Assembly: GCA_051294905.1 (NCBI GenBank) | Contig: CM119371.1 | Coordinates: 41,728,001 to 41,792,000, forward strand | Direction: 5' to 3' | DNA from: Botryllus schlosseri | Taxonomy: Eukaryota | Length of the DNA: 64,000 nucleotides | In this document: positions 41,501 to 54,400 of the stretch, in pieces | Numbering within the stretch: position 1 is the stretch's first letter | Layout of the letters: each line of letters starts with the position of its first letter | The notes under the pieces: model-generated | Told to the model about the DNA's origin: nothing | What the model saw: only the letters and a program-made list of their open reading frames with translations | The model's database searches: none | Made by a program: the position numbers and the translations under genes

Positions 41501-44500
41501 ATTGATTCTGATCAAGCTAGTTTTTCAGGGGGTCAAATCTGGTCTAGCTTTCACGTCTCTGAGAGTTTGATACGATCGGTTGAAGCTCCAGGACCATTTT
41601 CAATAACGACCGCCCGCTTGAACACGTTGAAATAGGGTATCGGATTATTCATTCTGAATATGCTACTTTTTCAGGTGGTATAATAAATGAACTTGATTTC
41701 AATTAAACTTTTGCGCCTCTTTAAGCGTCGCGTCGACGAAATCCCCCGTCTTTGAGAGTTTAATACGATCGGCTTTAGCTCCAGGACCATTTTCAATAAC
41801 GACCGCCCGCTTGAACACGTTGAAATAGGGTATCGGATTATTCATTCTGAATATGCTACTTTTTTAGGGGGTATAATAAATGAACTTGATTTCAATTAAA
41901 CTTTTGCGCCTCTTTAAGCGTCGCGTCGACGAAATCCCCCGTCTTTGAGAGTTTAATACGATCGGCTGAAGCTCCAGGACCATTTTCAATAACGACCGCC
42001 CGCTTGAACACGTTGAAATAGGGTATCGGATTATTCATTCTGAATATGCTACTTTTTTAGGTGGTATAATAAATGAACTTGATTTCAATTAAACTTTTGC
42101 GCCTCTTTAAGCGTCGCGTCGACGAAATCCCCCGTCTTTGAGAGTTTAATACGATCGGCTTTAGCTCCAGGACCATTTTCAATAACGACCGCCCGCTTGA
42201 ACACGTTGAAATAGGGTATCGGATTATTCATTCTGAATATGCTACTTTTTTAGGGGGTATAATAAATGAACTTGATTTCAATTAAACTTTTGCGCCTCTT
42301 TAAGCGTCGCGTCGACGAAATCCCCCGTCTTTGAGAGTTTAATACGATCGGCTGAAGCTCCAGGACCATTTTCAATAACGACCGCCCGCTTGAACACGTT
42401 GAAATAGGGTATCGGATTATTCATTCTGAATATGCTACTTTTTTAGGGGGTATAATAAATGAACTTGATTTCAATTAAACTTTTGCGCCTCTTTAAGCGT
42501 CGCGTCGACGAAATCCCCCGTCTTTGAGAGTTTAATACGATCGGCTGAAGCTCCAGGACCATTTTCAATAACGACCACCCGCTTGAACACGTTGAAATAG
42601 GGAGAGTAGGATAATTGATTCTGATCAAGCTAGTTTTTCAGGGGGTCAAATCTGGTCTAGCTTTCACGTCTCTGAGAGTTTGATACGATCGGTTTAAGCT
42701 CCAGGACCATTTTCAATAACGACCGCCCGCTTGAACACGTTGAATTAGGGAGAGTAGGATAATTGATTCTGATCAAGCTAGTTTTTCAGGGGGTCAAATC
42801 TGGTCTAGCTTTCACGTCTCTGAGAGTTTGATACGATCGGTTGAAGCTCCAGGACCATTTTCAATAACGACCGCCCGCTTGAACACGTTGAAATAGGGTA
42901 TCGGATTATTCATTCTGAATATGCTACTTTTTTAGGTGGTATAATAAATGAACTTGATTTCAATTAAACTTTTGCGCCTCTTTAAGCGTCGCGTCGACGA
43001 AATCCCCCGTCTTTGAGAGTTTAATACGATCGGCTTTAGCTCCAGGACCATTTTCAATAACGACCGCCCGCTTGAACACGTTGAAATAGGGTATCGGATT
43101 ATTCATTCTGAATATGCTACTTTTTTAGGGGGTATAATAAATGAACTTGATTTCAATTAAACTTTTGCGCCTCTTTAAGCGTCGCGTCGACGAAATCCCC
43201 CGTCTTTGAGAGTTTAATACGATCGGCTGAAGCTCCAGGACCATTTTCAATAACGACCGCCCGCTTGAACACGTTGAAATAGGGTATCGGATTATTCATT
43301 CTGAATATGCTACTTTTTTAGGTGGTATAATAAATGAACTTGATTTCAATTAAACTTTTGCGCCTCTTTAAGCGTCGCGTCGACGAAATCCCCCGTCTTT
43401 GAGAGTTTAATACGATCGGCTTTAGCTCCAGGACCATTTTCAATAACGACCGCCCGCTTGAACACGTTGAAATAGGGTATCGGATTATTCATTCTGAATA
43501 TGCTACTTTTTTAGGGGGTATAATAAATGAACTTGATTTCAATTAAACTTTTGCGCCTCTTTAAGCGTCGCATCGACGAAATCCCCCGTCTTTGAGAGTT
43601 TATAACGATCGGCTGAAGCTCCAGGACCATTTTCAATAACGACCGCCCGCTTGAACACGTTGAATTAGGGAGAGTAGGATAATTGATTCTGATCAAGCTA
43701 GTTTTTCAGGGGGTCAAATCTGGTCTAGCTTTCACGTCTCTGAGAGTTTGATACGATCGGTTGAAGCTCCAGGACCATTTTCAATAACGACCGCCCGCTT
43801 GAACACGTTGAAATAGGGTATCGGATTATTCATTCTGAATATGCTACTTTTTCAGGTGGTATAATAAATGAACTTGATTTCAATTAAACTTTTGCGCCTC
43901 TTTAAGCGTCGCGTCGACGAAATCCCCCGTCTTTGAGAGTTTAATACGATCGGCTTTAGCTCCAGGACCATTTTCAATAACGACCGCCCGCTTGAACACG
44001 TTGAAATAGGGTATCGGATTATTCATTCTGAATATGCTACTTTTTTAGGGGGTATAATAAATGAACTTGATTTCAATTAAACTTTTGCGCCTCTTTAAGC
44101 GTCGCGTCGACGAAATCCCCCGTCTTTGAGAGTTTATAACGATCGGCTGAAGCTCCAGGACCATTTTCAATAACGACCGCCCGCTTGAACACGTTGAATT
44201 AGGGAGAGTAGGATAATTGATTCTGATCAAGCTAGTTTTTCAGGGGGTCAAATCTGGTCTAGCTTTCACGTCTCTGAGAGTTTGATACGATCGGTTGAAG
44301 CTCCAGGACCATTTTCAATAACGACCGCCCGCTTGAACACGTTGAAATAGGGTATCGGATTATTCATTCTGAATATGCTACTTTTTCAGGTGGTATAATA
44401 AATGAACTTGATTTCAATTAAACTTTTGCGCCTCTTTAAGCGTCGCGTCGACGAAATCCCCCGTCTTTGAGAGTTTAATACGATCGGCTTTAGCTCCAGG

Positions 44501-47500
44501 ACCATTTTCAATAACGACCGCCCGCTTGAACACGTTGAAATAGGGTATCGGATTATTCATTCTGAATATGCTACTTTTTTAGGGGGTATAATAAATGAAC
44601 TTGATTTCAATTAAACTTTTGCGCCTCTTTAAGCGTCGCGTCGACGAAATCCCCCGTCTTTGAGAGTTTAATACGATCGGCTGAAGCTCCAGGACCATTT
44701 TCAATAACGACCGCCCGCTTGAACACGTTGAAATAGGGTATCGGATTATTCATTCTGAATATGCTACTTTTTTAGGTGGTATAATAAATGAACTTGATTT
44801 CAATTAAACTTTTGCGCCTCTTTAAGCGTCGCGTCGACGAAATCCCCCGTCTTTGAGAGTTTAATACGATCGGCTTTAGCTCCAGGACCATTTTCAATAA
44901 CGACCGCCCGCTTGAACACGTTGAAATAGGGTATCGGATTATTCATTCTGAATATGCTACTTTTTTAGGGGGTATAATAAATGAACTTGATTTCAATTAA
45001 ACTTTTGCGCCTCTTTAAGCGTCGCGTCGACGAAATCCCCCGTCTTTGAGAGTTTAATACGATCGGCTGAAGCTCCAGGACCATTTTCAATAACGACCAC
45101 CCGCTTGAACACGTTGAAATAGGGAGAGTAGGATAATTGATTCTGATCAAGCTAGTTTTTCAGGGGGTCAAATCTGGTCTAGCTTTCACGTCTCTGAGAG
45201 TTTGATACGATCGGTTGAAGCTCCAGGACCATTTTCAATAACGACCGCCCGCTTGAACACGTTGAATTAGGGAGAGTAGGATAATTGATTCTGATCAAGC
45301 TAGTTTTTCAGGGGGTCAAATCTGGTCTAGCTTTCACGTCTCTGAGAGTTTGATACGATCGGTTGAAGCTCCAGGACCATTTTCAATAACGACCGCCCGC
45401 TTGAACACGTTGAAATAGGGTATCGGATTATTCATTCTGAATATGCTACTTTTTTAGGTGGTATAATAAATGAACTTGATTTCAATTAAACTTTTGCGCC
45501 TCTTTAAGCGTCGCGTCGACGAAATCCCCCGTCTTTGAGAGTTTAATACGATCGGCTTTAGCTCCAGGACCATTTTCAATAACGACCGCCCGCTTGAACA
45601 CGTTGAAATAGGGTATCGGATTATTCATTCTGAATATGCTACTTTTTTAGGGGGTATAATAAATGAACTTGATTTCAATTAAACTTTTGCGCCTCTTTAA
45701 GCGTCGCGTCGACGAAATCCCCCGTCTTTGAGAGTTTAATACGATCGGCTGAAGCTCCAGGACCATTTTCAATAACGACCGCCCGCTTGAACACGTTGAA
45801 ATAGGGTATCGGATTATTCATTCTGAATATGCTACTTTTTTAGGTGGTATAATAAATGAACTTGATTTCAATTAAACTTTTGCGCCTCTTTAAGCGTCGC
45901 GTCGACGAAATCCCCCGTCTTTGAGAGTTTAATACGATCGGCTTTAGCTCCAGGACCATTTTCAATAACGACCGCCCGCTTGAACACGTTGAAATAGGGT
46001 ATCGGATTATTCATTCTGAATATGCTACTTTTTTAGGGGGTATAATAAATGAACTTGATTTCAATTAAACTTTTGCGCCTCTTTAAGCGTCGCGTCGACG
46101 AAATCCCCCGTCTTTGAGAGTTTAATACGATCGGCTTTAGCTCCAGGACCATTTTCAATAACGACCGCCCGCTTGAACACGTTGAAATAGGGTATCGGAT
46201 TATTCATTCTGAATATGCTACTTTTTTAGGGGGTATAATAAATGAACTTGATTTCAATTAAACTTTTGCGCCTCTTTAAGCGTCGCGTCGACGAAATCCC
46301 CCGTCTTTGAGAGTTTATAACGATCGGCTGAAGCTCCAGGACCATTTTCAATAACGACCGCCCGCTTGAACACGTTGAATTAGGGAGAGTAGGATAATTG
46401 ATTCTGATCAAGCTAGTTTTTCAGGGGGTCAAATCTGGTCTAGCTTTCACGTCTCTGAGAGTTTGATACGATCGGTTGAAGCTCCAGGACCATTTTCAAT
46501 AACGACCGCCCGCTTGAACACGTTGAAATAGGGTATCGGATTATTCATTCTGAATATGCTACTTTTTCAGGTGGTATAATAAATGAACTTGATTTCAATT
46601 AAACTTTTGCGCCTCTTTAAGCGTCGCGTCGACGAAATCCCCCGTCTTTGAGAGTTTAATACGATCGGCTGAAGCTCCAGGACCATTTTCAATAACGACC
46701 GCCCGCTTGAACACGTTGAAATAGGGTATCGGATTATTCATTCTGAATATGCTACTTTTTTAGGGGGTATAATAAATGAACTTGATTTCAATTAAACTTT
46801 TGCGCCTCTTTAAGCGTCGCGTCGACGAAATCCCCCGTCTTTGAGAGTTTAATACGATCGGCTGAAGCTCCAGGACCATTTTCAATAACGACCGCCCGCT
46901 TGAACACGTTGAAATAGGGTATCGGATTATTCATTCTGAATATGCTACTTTTTTAGGTGGTATAATAAATGAACTTGATTTCAATTAAACTTTTGCGCCT
47001 CTTTAAGCGTCGCGTCGACGAAATCCCCCGTCTTTGAGAGTTTAATACGATCGGCTTTAGCTCCAGGACCATTTTCAATAACGACCGCCCGCTTGAACAC
47101 GTTGAAATAGGGTATCGGATTATTCATTCTGAATATGCTACTTTTTTAGGGGGTATAATAAATGAACTTGATTTCAATTAAACTTTTGCGCCTCTTTAAG
47201 CGTCGCGTCGACGAAATCCCCCGTCTTTGAGAGTTTATAACGATCGGCTGAAGCTCCAGGACCATTTTCAATAACGACCGCCCGCTTGAACACGTTGAAT
47301 TAGGGAGAGTAGGATAATTGATTCTGATCAAGCTAGTTTTTCAGGGGGTCAAATCTGGTCTAGCTTTCAATTGGACTTTTGCGCCTCTTTAAGCGTCGCG
47401 TCGAAGAAATTTCACGTCTCTGAGAGTTTGATACGATCGGCTGAAGCTCCAGGACCATTTTCAATAACGACCGCCCGCTTGAACACGTTGAATTAGGGAG

Positions 47501-50162
47501 AGTAGGATAATTGATTCTGATCAAGCTAGTTTTTCAGGGGGTCAAATCTGGTCTAGCTTTCAATTGGACTTTTGCGCCTCTTTAAGCGTCGCGTCGAAGA
47601 AATTTCACGTCTCTGAGAGTTTGATACGATCGGCTGAAGCTCCAGGACCATTTTCAATAACGACCGCCCGCTTGAACACGTTGAATTAGGGAGAGTAGGA
47701 TAATTGATTCTGATCAAGCTAGTTTTTCAGGGGGTCAAATCTGGTCTAGCTTTCACGTCTCTGAGAGTTTGATACGATCGGTTGAAGCTCCAGGACCATT
47801 TTCAATAACGACCGCCCGCTTGAACACGTTGAATTAGGGAGAGTAGGATAATTGATTCTGATCAAGCTAGTTTTTCAGGGGGTCAAATCTGGTCTAGCTT
47901 TCACGTCTCTGAGAGTTTGATACGATCGGTTGAAGCTCCAGGACCATTTTCAATAACGACCGCCCGCTTGAACACGTTGAAATAGGGTATCGGATTATTC
48001 ATTCTGAATATGCTACTTTTTCAGGTGGTATAATAAATGAACTTGATTTCAATTAAACTTTTGCGCCTCTTTAAGCGTCGCGTCGACGAAATCCCCCGTC
48101 TTTGAGAGTTTAATACGATCGGCTTTAGCTCCAGGACCATTTTCAATAACGACCGCCCGCTTGAACACGTTGAAATAGGGTATCGGATTATTCATTCTGA
48201 ATATGCTACTTTTTTAGGGGGTATAATAAATGAACTTGATTTCAATTAAACTTTTGCGCCTCTTTAAGCGTCGCGTCGACGAAATCCCCCGTCTTTGAGA
48301 GTTTAATACGATCGGCTGAAGCTCCAGGACCATTTTCAATAACGACCGCCCGCTTGAACACGTTGAAATAGGGTATCGGATTATTCATTCTGAATATGCT
48401 ACTTTTTTAGGTGGTATAATAAATGAACTTGATTTCAATTAAACTTTTGCGCCTCTTTAAGCGTCGCGTCGACGAAATCCCCCGTCTTTGAGAGTTTAAT
48501 ACGATCGGCTTTAGCTCCAGGACCATTTTCAATAACGACCGCCCGCTTGAACACGTTGAAATAGGGTATCGGATTATTCATTCTGAATATGCTACTTTTT
48601 TAGGGGGTATAATAAATGAACTTGATTTCAATTAAACTTTTGCGCCTCTTTAAGCGTCGCGTCGACGAAATCCCCCGTCTTTGAGAGTTTAATACGATCG
48701 GCTGAAGCTCCAGGACCATTTTCAATAACGACCGCCCGCTTGAACACGTTGAAATAGGGTATCGGATTATTCATTCTGAATATGCTACTTTTTTAGGGGG
48801 TATAATAAATGAACTTGATTTCAATTAAACTTTTGCGCCTCTTTAAGCGTCGCGTCGACGAAATCCCCCGTCTTTGAGAGTTTAATACGATCGGCTGAAG
48901 CTCCAGGACCATTTTCAATAACGACCACCCGCTTGAACACGTTGAAATAGGGAGAGTAGGATAATTGATTCTGATCAAGCTAGTTTTTCAGGGGGTCAAA
49001 TCTGGTCTAGCTTTCACGTCTCTGAGAGTTTGATACGATCGGTTTAAGCTCCAGGACCATTTTCAATAACGACCGCCCGCTTGAACACGTTGAATTAGGG
49101 AGAGTAGGATAATTGATTCTGATCAAGCTAGTTTTTCAGGGGGTCAAATCTGGTCTAGCTTTCACGTCTCTGAGAGTTTGATACGATCGGTTGAAGCTCC
49201 AGGACCATTTTCAATAACGACCGCCCGCTTGAACACGTTGAAATAGGGTATCGGATTATTCATTCTGAATATGCTACTTTTTTAGGTGGTATAATAAATG
49301 AACTTGATTTCAATTAAACTTTTGCGCCTCTTTAAGCGTCGCGTCGACGAAATCCCCCGTCTTTGAGAGTTTAATACGATCGGCTTTAGCTCCAGGACCA
49401 TTTTCAATAACGACCGCCCGCTTGAACACGTTGAAATAGGGTATCGGATTATTCATTCTGAATATGCTACTTTTTTAGGGGGTATAATAAATGAACTTGA
49501 TTTCAATTAAACTTTTGCGCCTCTTTAAGCGTCGCGTCGACGAAATCCCCCGTCTTTGAGAGTTTAATACGATCGGCTGAAGCTCCAGGACCATTTTCAA
49601 TAACGACCGCCCGCTTGAACACGTTGAAATAGGGTATCGGATTATTCATTCTGAATATGCTACTTTTTTAGGTGGTATAATAAATGAACTTGATTTCAAT
49701 TAAACTTTTGCGCCTCTTTAAGCGTCGCGTCGACGAAATCCCCCGTCTTTGAGAGTTTAATACGATCGGCTTTAGCTCCAGGACCATTTTCAATAACGAC
49801 CGCCCGCTTGAACACGTTGAAATAGGGTATCGGATTATTCATTCTGAATATGCTACTTTTTTAGGGGGTATAATAAATGAACTTGATTTCAATTAAACTT
49901 TTGCGCCTCTTTAAGCGTCGCATCGACGAAATCCCCCGTCTTTGAGAGTTTATAACGATCGGCTGAAGCTCCAGGACCATTTTCAATAACGACCGCCCGC
50001 TTGAACACGTTGAATTAGGGAGAGTAGGATAATTGATTCTGATCAAGCTAGTTTTTCAGGGGGTCAAATCTGGTCTAGCTTTCACGTCTCTGAGAGTTTG
50101 ATACGATCGGTTGAAGCTCCAGGACCATTTTCAATAACGACCGCCCGCTTGAACACGTTGAA
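11559..50162. repeat. 19,198-bp tandem duplication (106 monomers: 78x193 + 28x148), each copy made of three ~6.35-6.5-kb higher-order units
   Basis: All 18 ORF markers from 12340 to 30663 recur at +19198 (31538 to 49861). The CGCATCG variant occurs at 18024, 24374, 30724, 37222, 43572 and 49922 (spacings 6350, 6350, 6498, 6350, 6350). Boundaries come from the nearest mismatches found by eye; not every base was compared. Confidence 0.9.
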
Positions 50163-51468
50163 ATAGGGTATCGGATTATTCATTCTGAATATGCTACTTT
50201 TTCAGGTGGTATAATAAATGAACTTGATTTCAATTAAACTTTTGCGCCTCTTTAAGCGTCGCGTCGACGAAATCCCCCGTCTTTGAGAGTTTAATACGAT
50301 CGGCTTTAGCTCCAGGACCATTTTCAATAACGACCGCCCGCTTGAACACGTTGAAATAGGGTATCGGATTATTCATTCTGAATATGCTACTTTTTTAGGG
50401 GGTATAATAAATGAACTTGATTTCAATTAAACTTTTGCGCCTCTTTAAGCGTCGCGTCGACGAAATCCCCCGTCTTTGAGAGTTTATAACGATCGGCTGA
50501 AGCTCCAGGACCATTTTCAATAACGACCGCCCGCTTGAACACGTTGAATTAGGGAGAGTAGGATAATTGATTCTGATCAAGCTAGTTTTTCAGGGGGTCA
50601 AATCTGGTCTAGCTTTCACGTCTCTGAGAGTTTGATACGATCGGTTGAAGCTCCAGGACCATTTTCAATAACGACCGCCCGCTTGAACACGTTGAATTAG
50701 GGAGAGTAGGATAATTGATTCTGATCAAGCTAGTTTTTCAGGGGGTCAAATCTGGTCTAGCTTTCACGTCTCTGAGAGTTTGATACGATCGGTTGAAGCT
50801 CCAGGACCATTTTCAATAACGACCGCCCGCTTGAACACGTTGAAATAGGGTATCGGATTATTCATTCTGAATATGCTACTTTTTCAGGTGGTATAATAAA
50901 TGAACTTGATTTCAATTAAACTTTTGCGCCTCTTTAAGCGTCGCGTCGACGAAATCCCCCGTCTTTGAGAGTTTAATACGATCGGCTTTAGCTCCAGGAC
51001 CATTTTCAATAACGACCGCCCGCTTGAACACGTTGAAATAGGGTATCGGATTATTCATTCTGAATATGCTACTTTTTTAGGGGGTATAATAAATGAACTT
51101 GATTTCAATTAAACTTTTGCGCCTCTTTAAGCGTCGCGTCGACGAAATCCCCCGTCTTTGAGAGTTTAATACGATCGGCTGAAGCTCCAGGACCATTTTC
51201 AATAACGACCGCCCGCTTGAACACGTTGAAATAGGGTATCGGATTATTCATTCTGAATATGCTACTTTTTTAGGTGGTATAATAAATGAACTTGATTTCA
51301 ATTAAACTTTTGCGCCTCTTTAAGCGTCGCGTCGACGAAATCCCCCGTCTTTGAGAGTTTAATACGATCGGCTTTAGCTCCAGGACCATTTTCAATAACG
51401 ACCGCCCGCTTGAACACGTTGAAATAGGGTATCGGATTATTCATTCTGAATATGCTACTTTTTTAGGG

Positions 51469-54400
51469 GGTATAATAAATGAACTTGATTTCAATTAAAC
51501 TTTTGCGCCTCTTTAAGCGTCGCGTCGACGAAATCCCCCGTCTTTGAGAGTTTAATACGATCGGCTGAAGCTCCAGGACCATTTTCAATAACGACCACCC
51601 GCTTGAACACGTTGAAATAGGGAGAGTAGGATAATTGATTCTGATCAAGCTAGTTTTTCAGGGGGTCAAATCTGGTCTAGCTTTCACGTCTCTGAGAGTT
51701 TGATACGATCGGTTGAAGCTCCAGGACCATTTTCAATAACGACCGCCCGCTTGAACACGTTGAATTAGGGAGAGTAGGATAATTGATTCTGATCAAGCTA
51801 GTTTTTCAGGGGGTCAAATCTGGTCTAGCTTTCAATTGGACTTTTGCGCCTCTTTAAGCGTCGCGTCGAAGAAATTTCACGTCTCTGAGAGTTTGATACG
51901 ATCGGCTGAAGCTCCAGGACCATTTTCAATAACGACCGCCCGCTTGAACACGTTGAATTAGGGAGAGTAGGATAATTGATTCTGATCAAGCTAGTTTTTC
52001 AGGGGGTCAAATCTGGTCTAGCTTTCACGTCTCTGAGAGTTTGATACGATCGGTTGAAGCTCCAGGACCATTTTCAATAACGACCGCCCGCTTGAACACG
52101 TTGAATTAGGGAGAGTAGGATAATTGATTCTGATCAAGCTAGTTTTTCAGGGGGTCAAATCTGGTCTAGCTTTCACGTCTCTGAGAGTTTGATACGATCG
52201 GTTGAAGCTCCAGGACCATTTTCAATAACGACCGCCCGCTTGAACACGTTGAAATAGGGTATCGGATTATTCATTCTGAATATGCTACTTTTTCAGGTGG
52301 TATAATAAATGAACTTGATTTCAATTAAACTTTTGCGCCTCTTTAAGCGTCGCGTCGACGAAATCCCCCGTCTTTGAGAGTTTAATACGATCGGCTTTAG
52401 CTCCAGGACCATTTTCAATAACGACCGCCCGCTTGAACACGTTGAAATAGGGTATCGGATTATTCATTCTGAATATGCTACTTTTTTAGGGGGTATAATA
52501 AATGAACTTGATTTCAATTAAACTTTTGCGCCTCTTTAAGCGTCGCGTCGACGAAATCCCCCGTCTTTGAGAGTTTAATACGATCGGCTGAAGCTCCAGG
52601 ACCATTTTCAATAACGACCGCCCGCTTGAACACGTTGAAATAGGGTATCGGATTATTCATTCTGAATATGCTACTTTTTTAGGTGGTATAATAAATGAAC
52701 TTGATTTCAATTAAACTTTTGCGCCTCTTTAAGCGTCGCGTCGACGAAATCCCCCGTCTTTGAGAGTTTAATACGATCGGCTTTAGCTCCAGGACCATTT
52801 TCAATAACGACCGCCCGCTTGAACACGTTGAAATAGGGTATCGGATTATTCATTCTGAATATGCTACTTTTTTAGGGGGTATAATAAATGAACTTGATTT
52901 CAATTAAACTTTTGCGCCTCTTTAAGCGTCGCGTCGACGAAATCCCCCGTCTTTGAGAGTTTAATACGATCGGCTGAAGCTCCAGGACCATTTTCAATAA
53001 CGACCGCCCGCTTGAACACGTTGAAATAGGGTATCGGATTATTCATTCTGAATATGCTACTTTTTTAGGGGGTATAATAAATGAACTTGATTTCAATTAA
53101 ACTTTTGCGCCTCTTTAAGCGTCGCGTCGACGAAATCCCCCGTCTTTGAGAGTTTAATACGATCGGCTGAAGCTCCAGGACCATTTTCAATAACGACCAC
53201 CCGCTTGAACACGTTGAAATAGGGAGAGTAGGATAATTGATTCTGATCAAGCTAGTTTTTCAGGGGGTCAAATCTGGTCTAGCTTTCACGTCTCTGAGAG
53301 TTTGATACGATCGGTTGAAGCTCCAGGACCATTTTCAATAACGACCGCCCGCTTGAACACGTTGAATTAGGGAGAGTAGGATAATTGATTCTGATCAAGC
53401 TAGTTTTTCAGGGGGTCAAATCTGGTCTAGCTTTCACGTCTCTGAGAGTTTGATACGATCGGTTGAAGCTCCAGGACCATTTTCAATAACGACCGCCCGC
53501 TTGAACACGTTGAAATAGGGTATCGGATTATTCATTCTGAATATGCTACTTTTTTAGGTGGTATAATAAATGAACTTGATTTCAATTAAACTTTTGCGCC
53601 TCTTTAAGCGTCGCGTCGACGAAATCCCCCGTCTTTGAGAGTTTAATACGATCGGCTTTAGCTCCAGGACCATTTTCAATAACGACCGCCCGCTTGAACA
53701 CGTTGAAATAGGGTATCGGATTATTCATTCTGAATATGCTACTTTTTTAGGGGGTATAATAAATGAACTTGATTTCAATTAAACTTTTGCGCCTCTTTAA
53801 GCGTCGCGTCGACGAAATCCCCCGTCTTTGAGAGTTTAATACGATCGGCTGAAGCTCCAGGACCATTTTCAATAACGACCGCCCGCTTGAACACGTTGAA
53901 ATAGGGTATCGGATTATTCATTCTGAATATGCTACTTTTTTAGGTGGTATAATAAATGAACTTGATTTCAATTAAACTTTTGCGCCTCTTTAAGCGTCGC
54001 GTCGACGAAATCCCCCGTCTTTGAGAGTTTAATACGATCGGCTTTAGCTCCAGGACCATTTTCAATAACGACCGCCCGCTTGAACACGTTGAAATAGGGT
54101 ATCGGATTATTCATTCTGAATATGCTACTTTTTTAGGGGGTATAATAAATGAACTTGATTTCAATTAAACTTTTGCGCCTCTTTAAGCGTCGCGTCGACG
54201 AAATCCCCCGTCTTTGAGAGTTTATAACGATCGGCTGAAGCTCCAGGACCATTTTCAATAACGACCGCCCGCTTGAACACGTTGAATTAGGGAGAGTAGG
54301 ATAATTGATTCTGATCAAGCTAGTTTTTCAGGGGGTCAAATCTGGTCTAGCTTTCACGTCTCTGAGAGTTTGATACGATCGGTTGAAGCTCCAGGACCAT

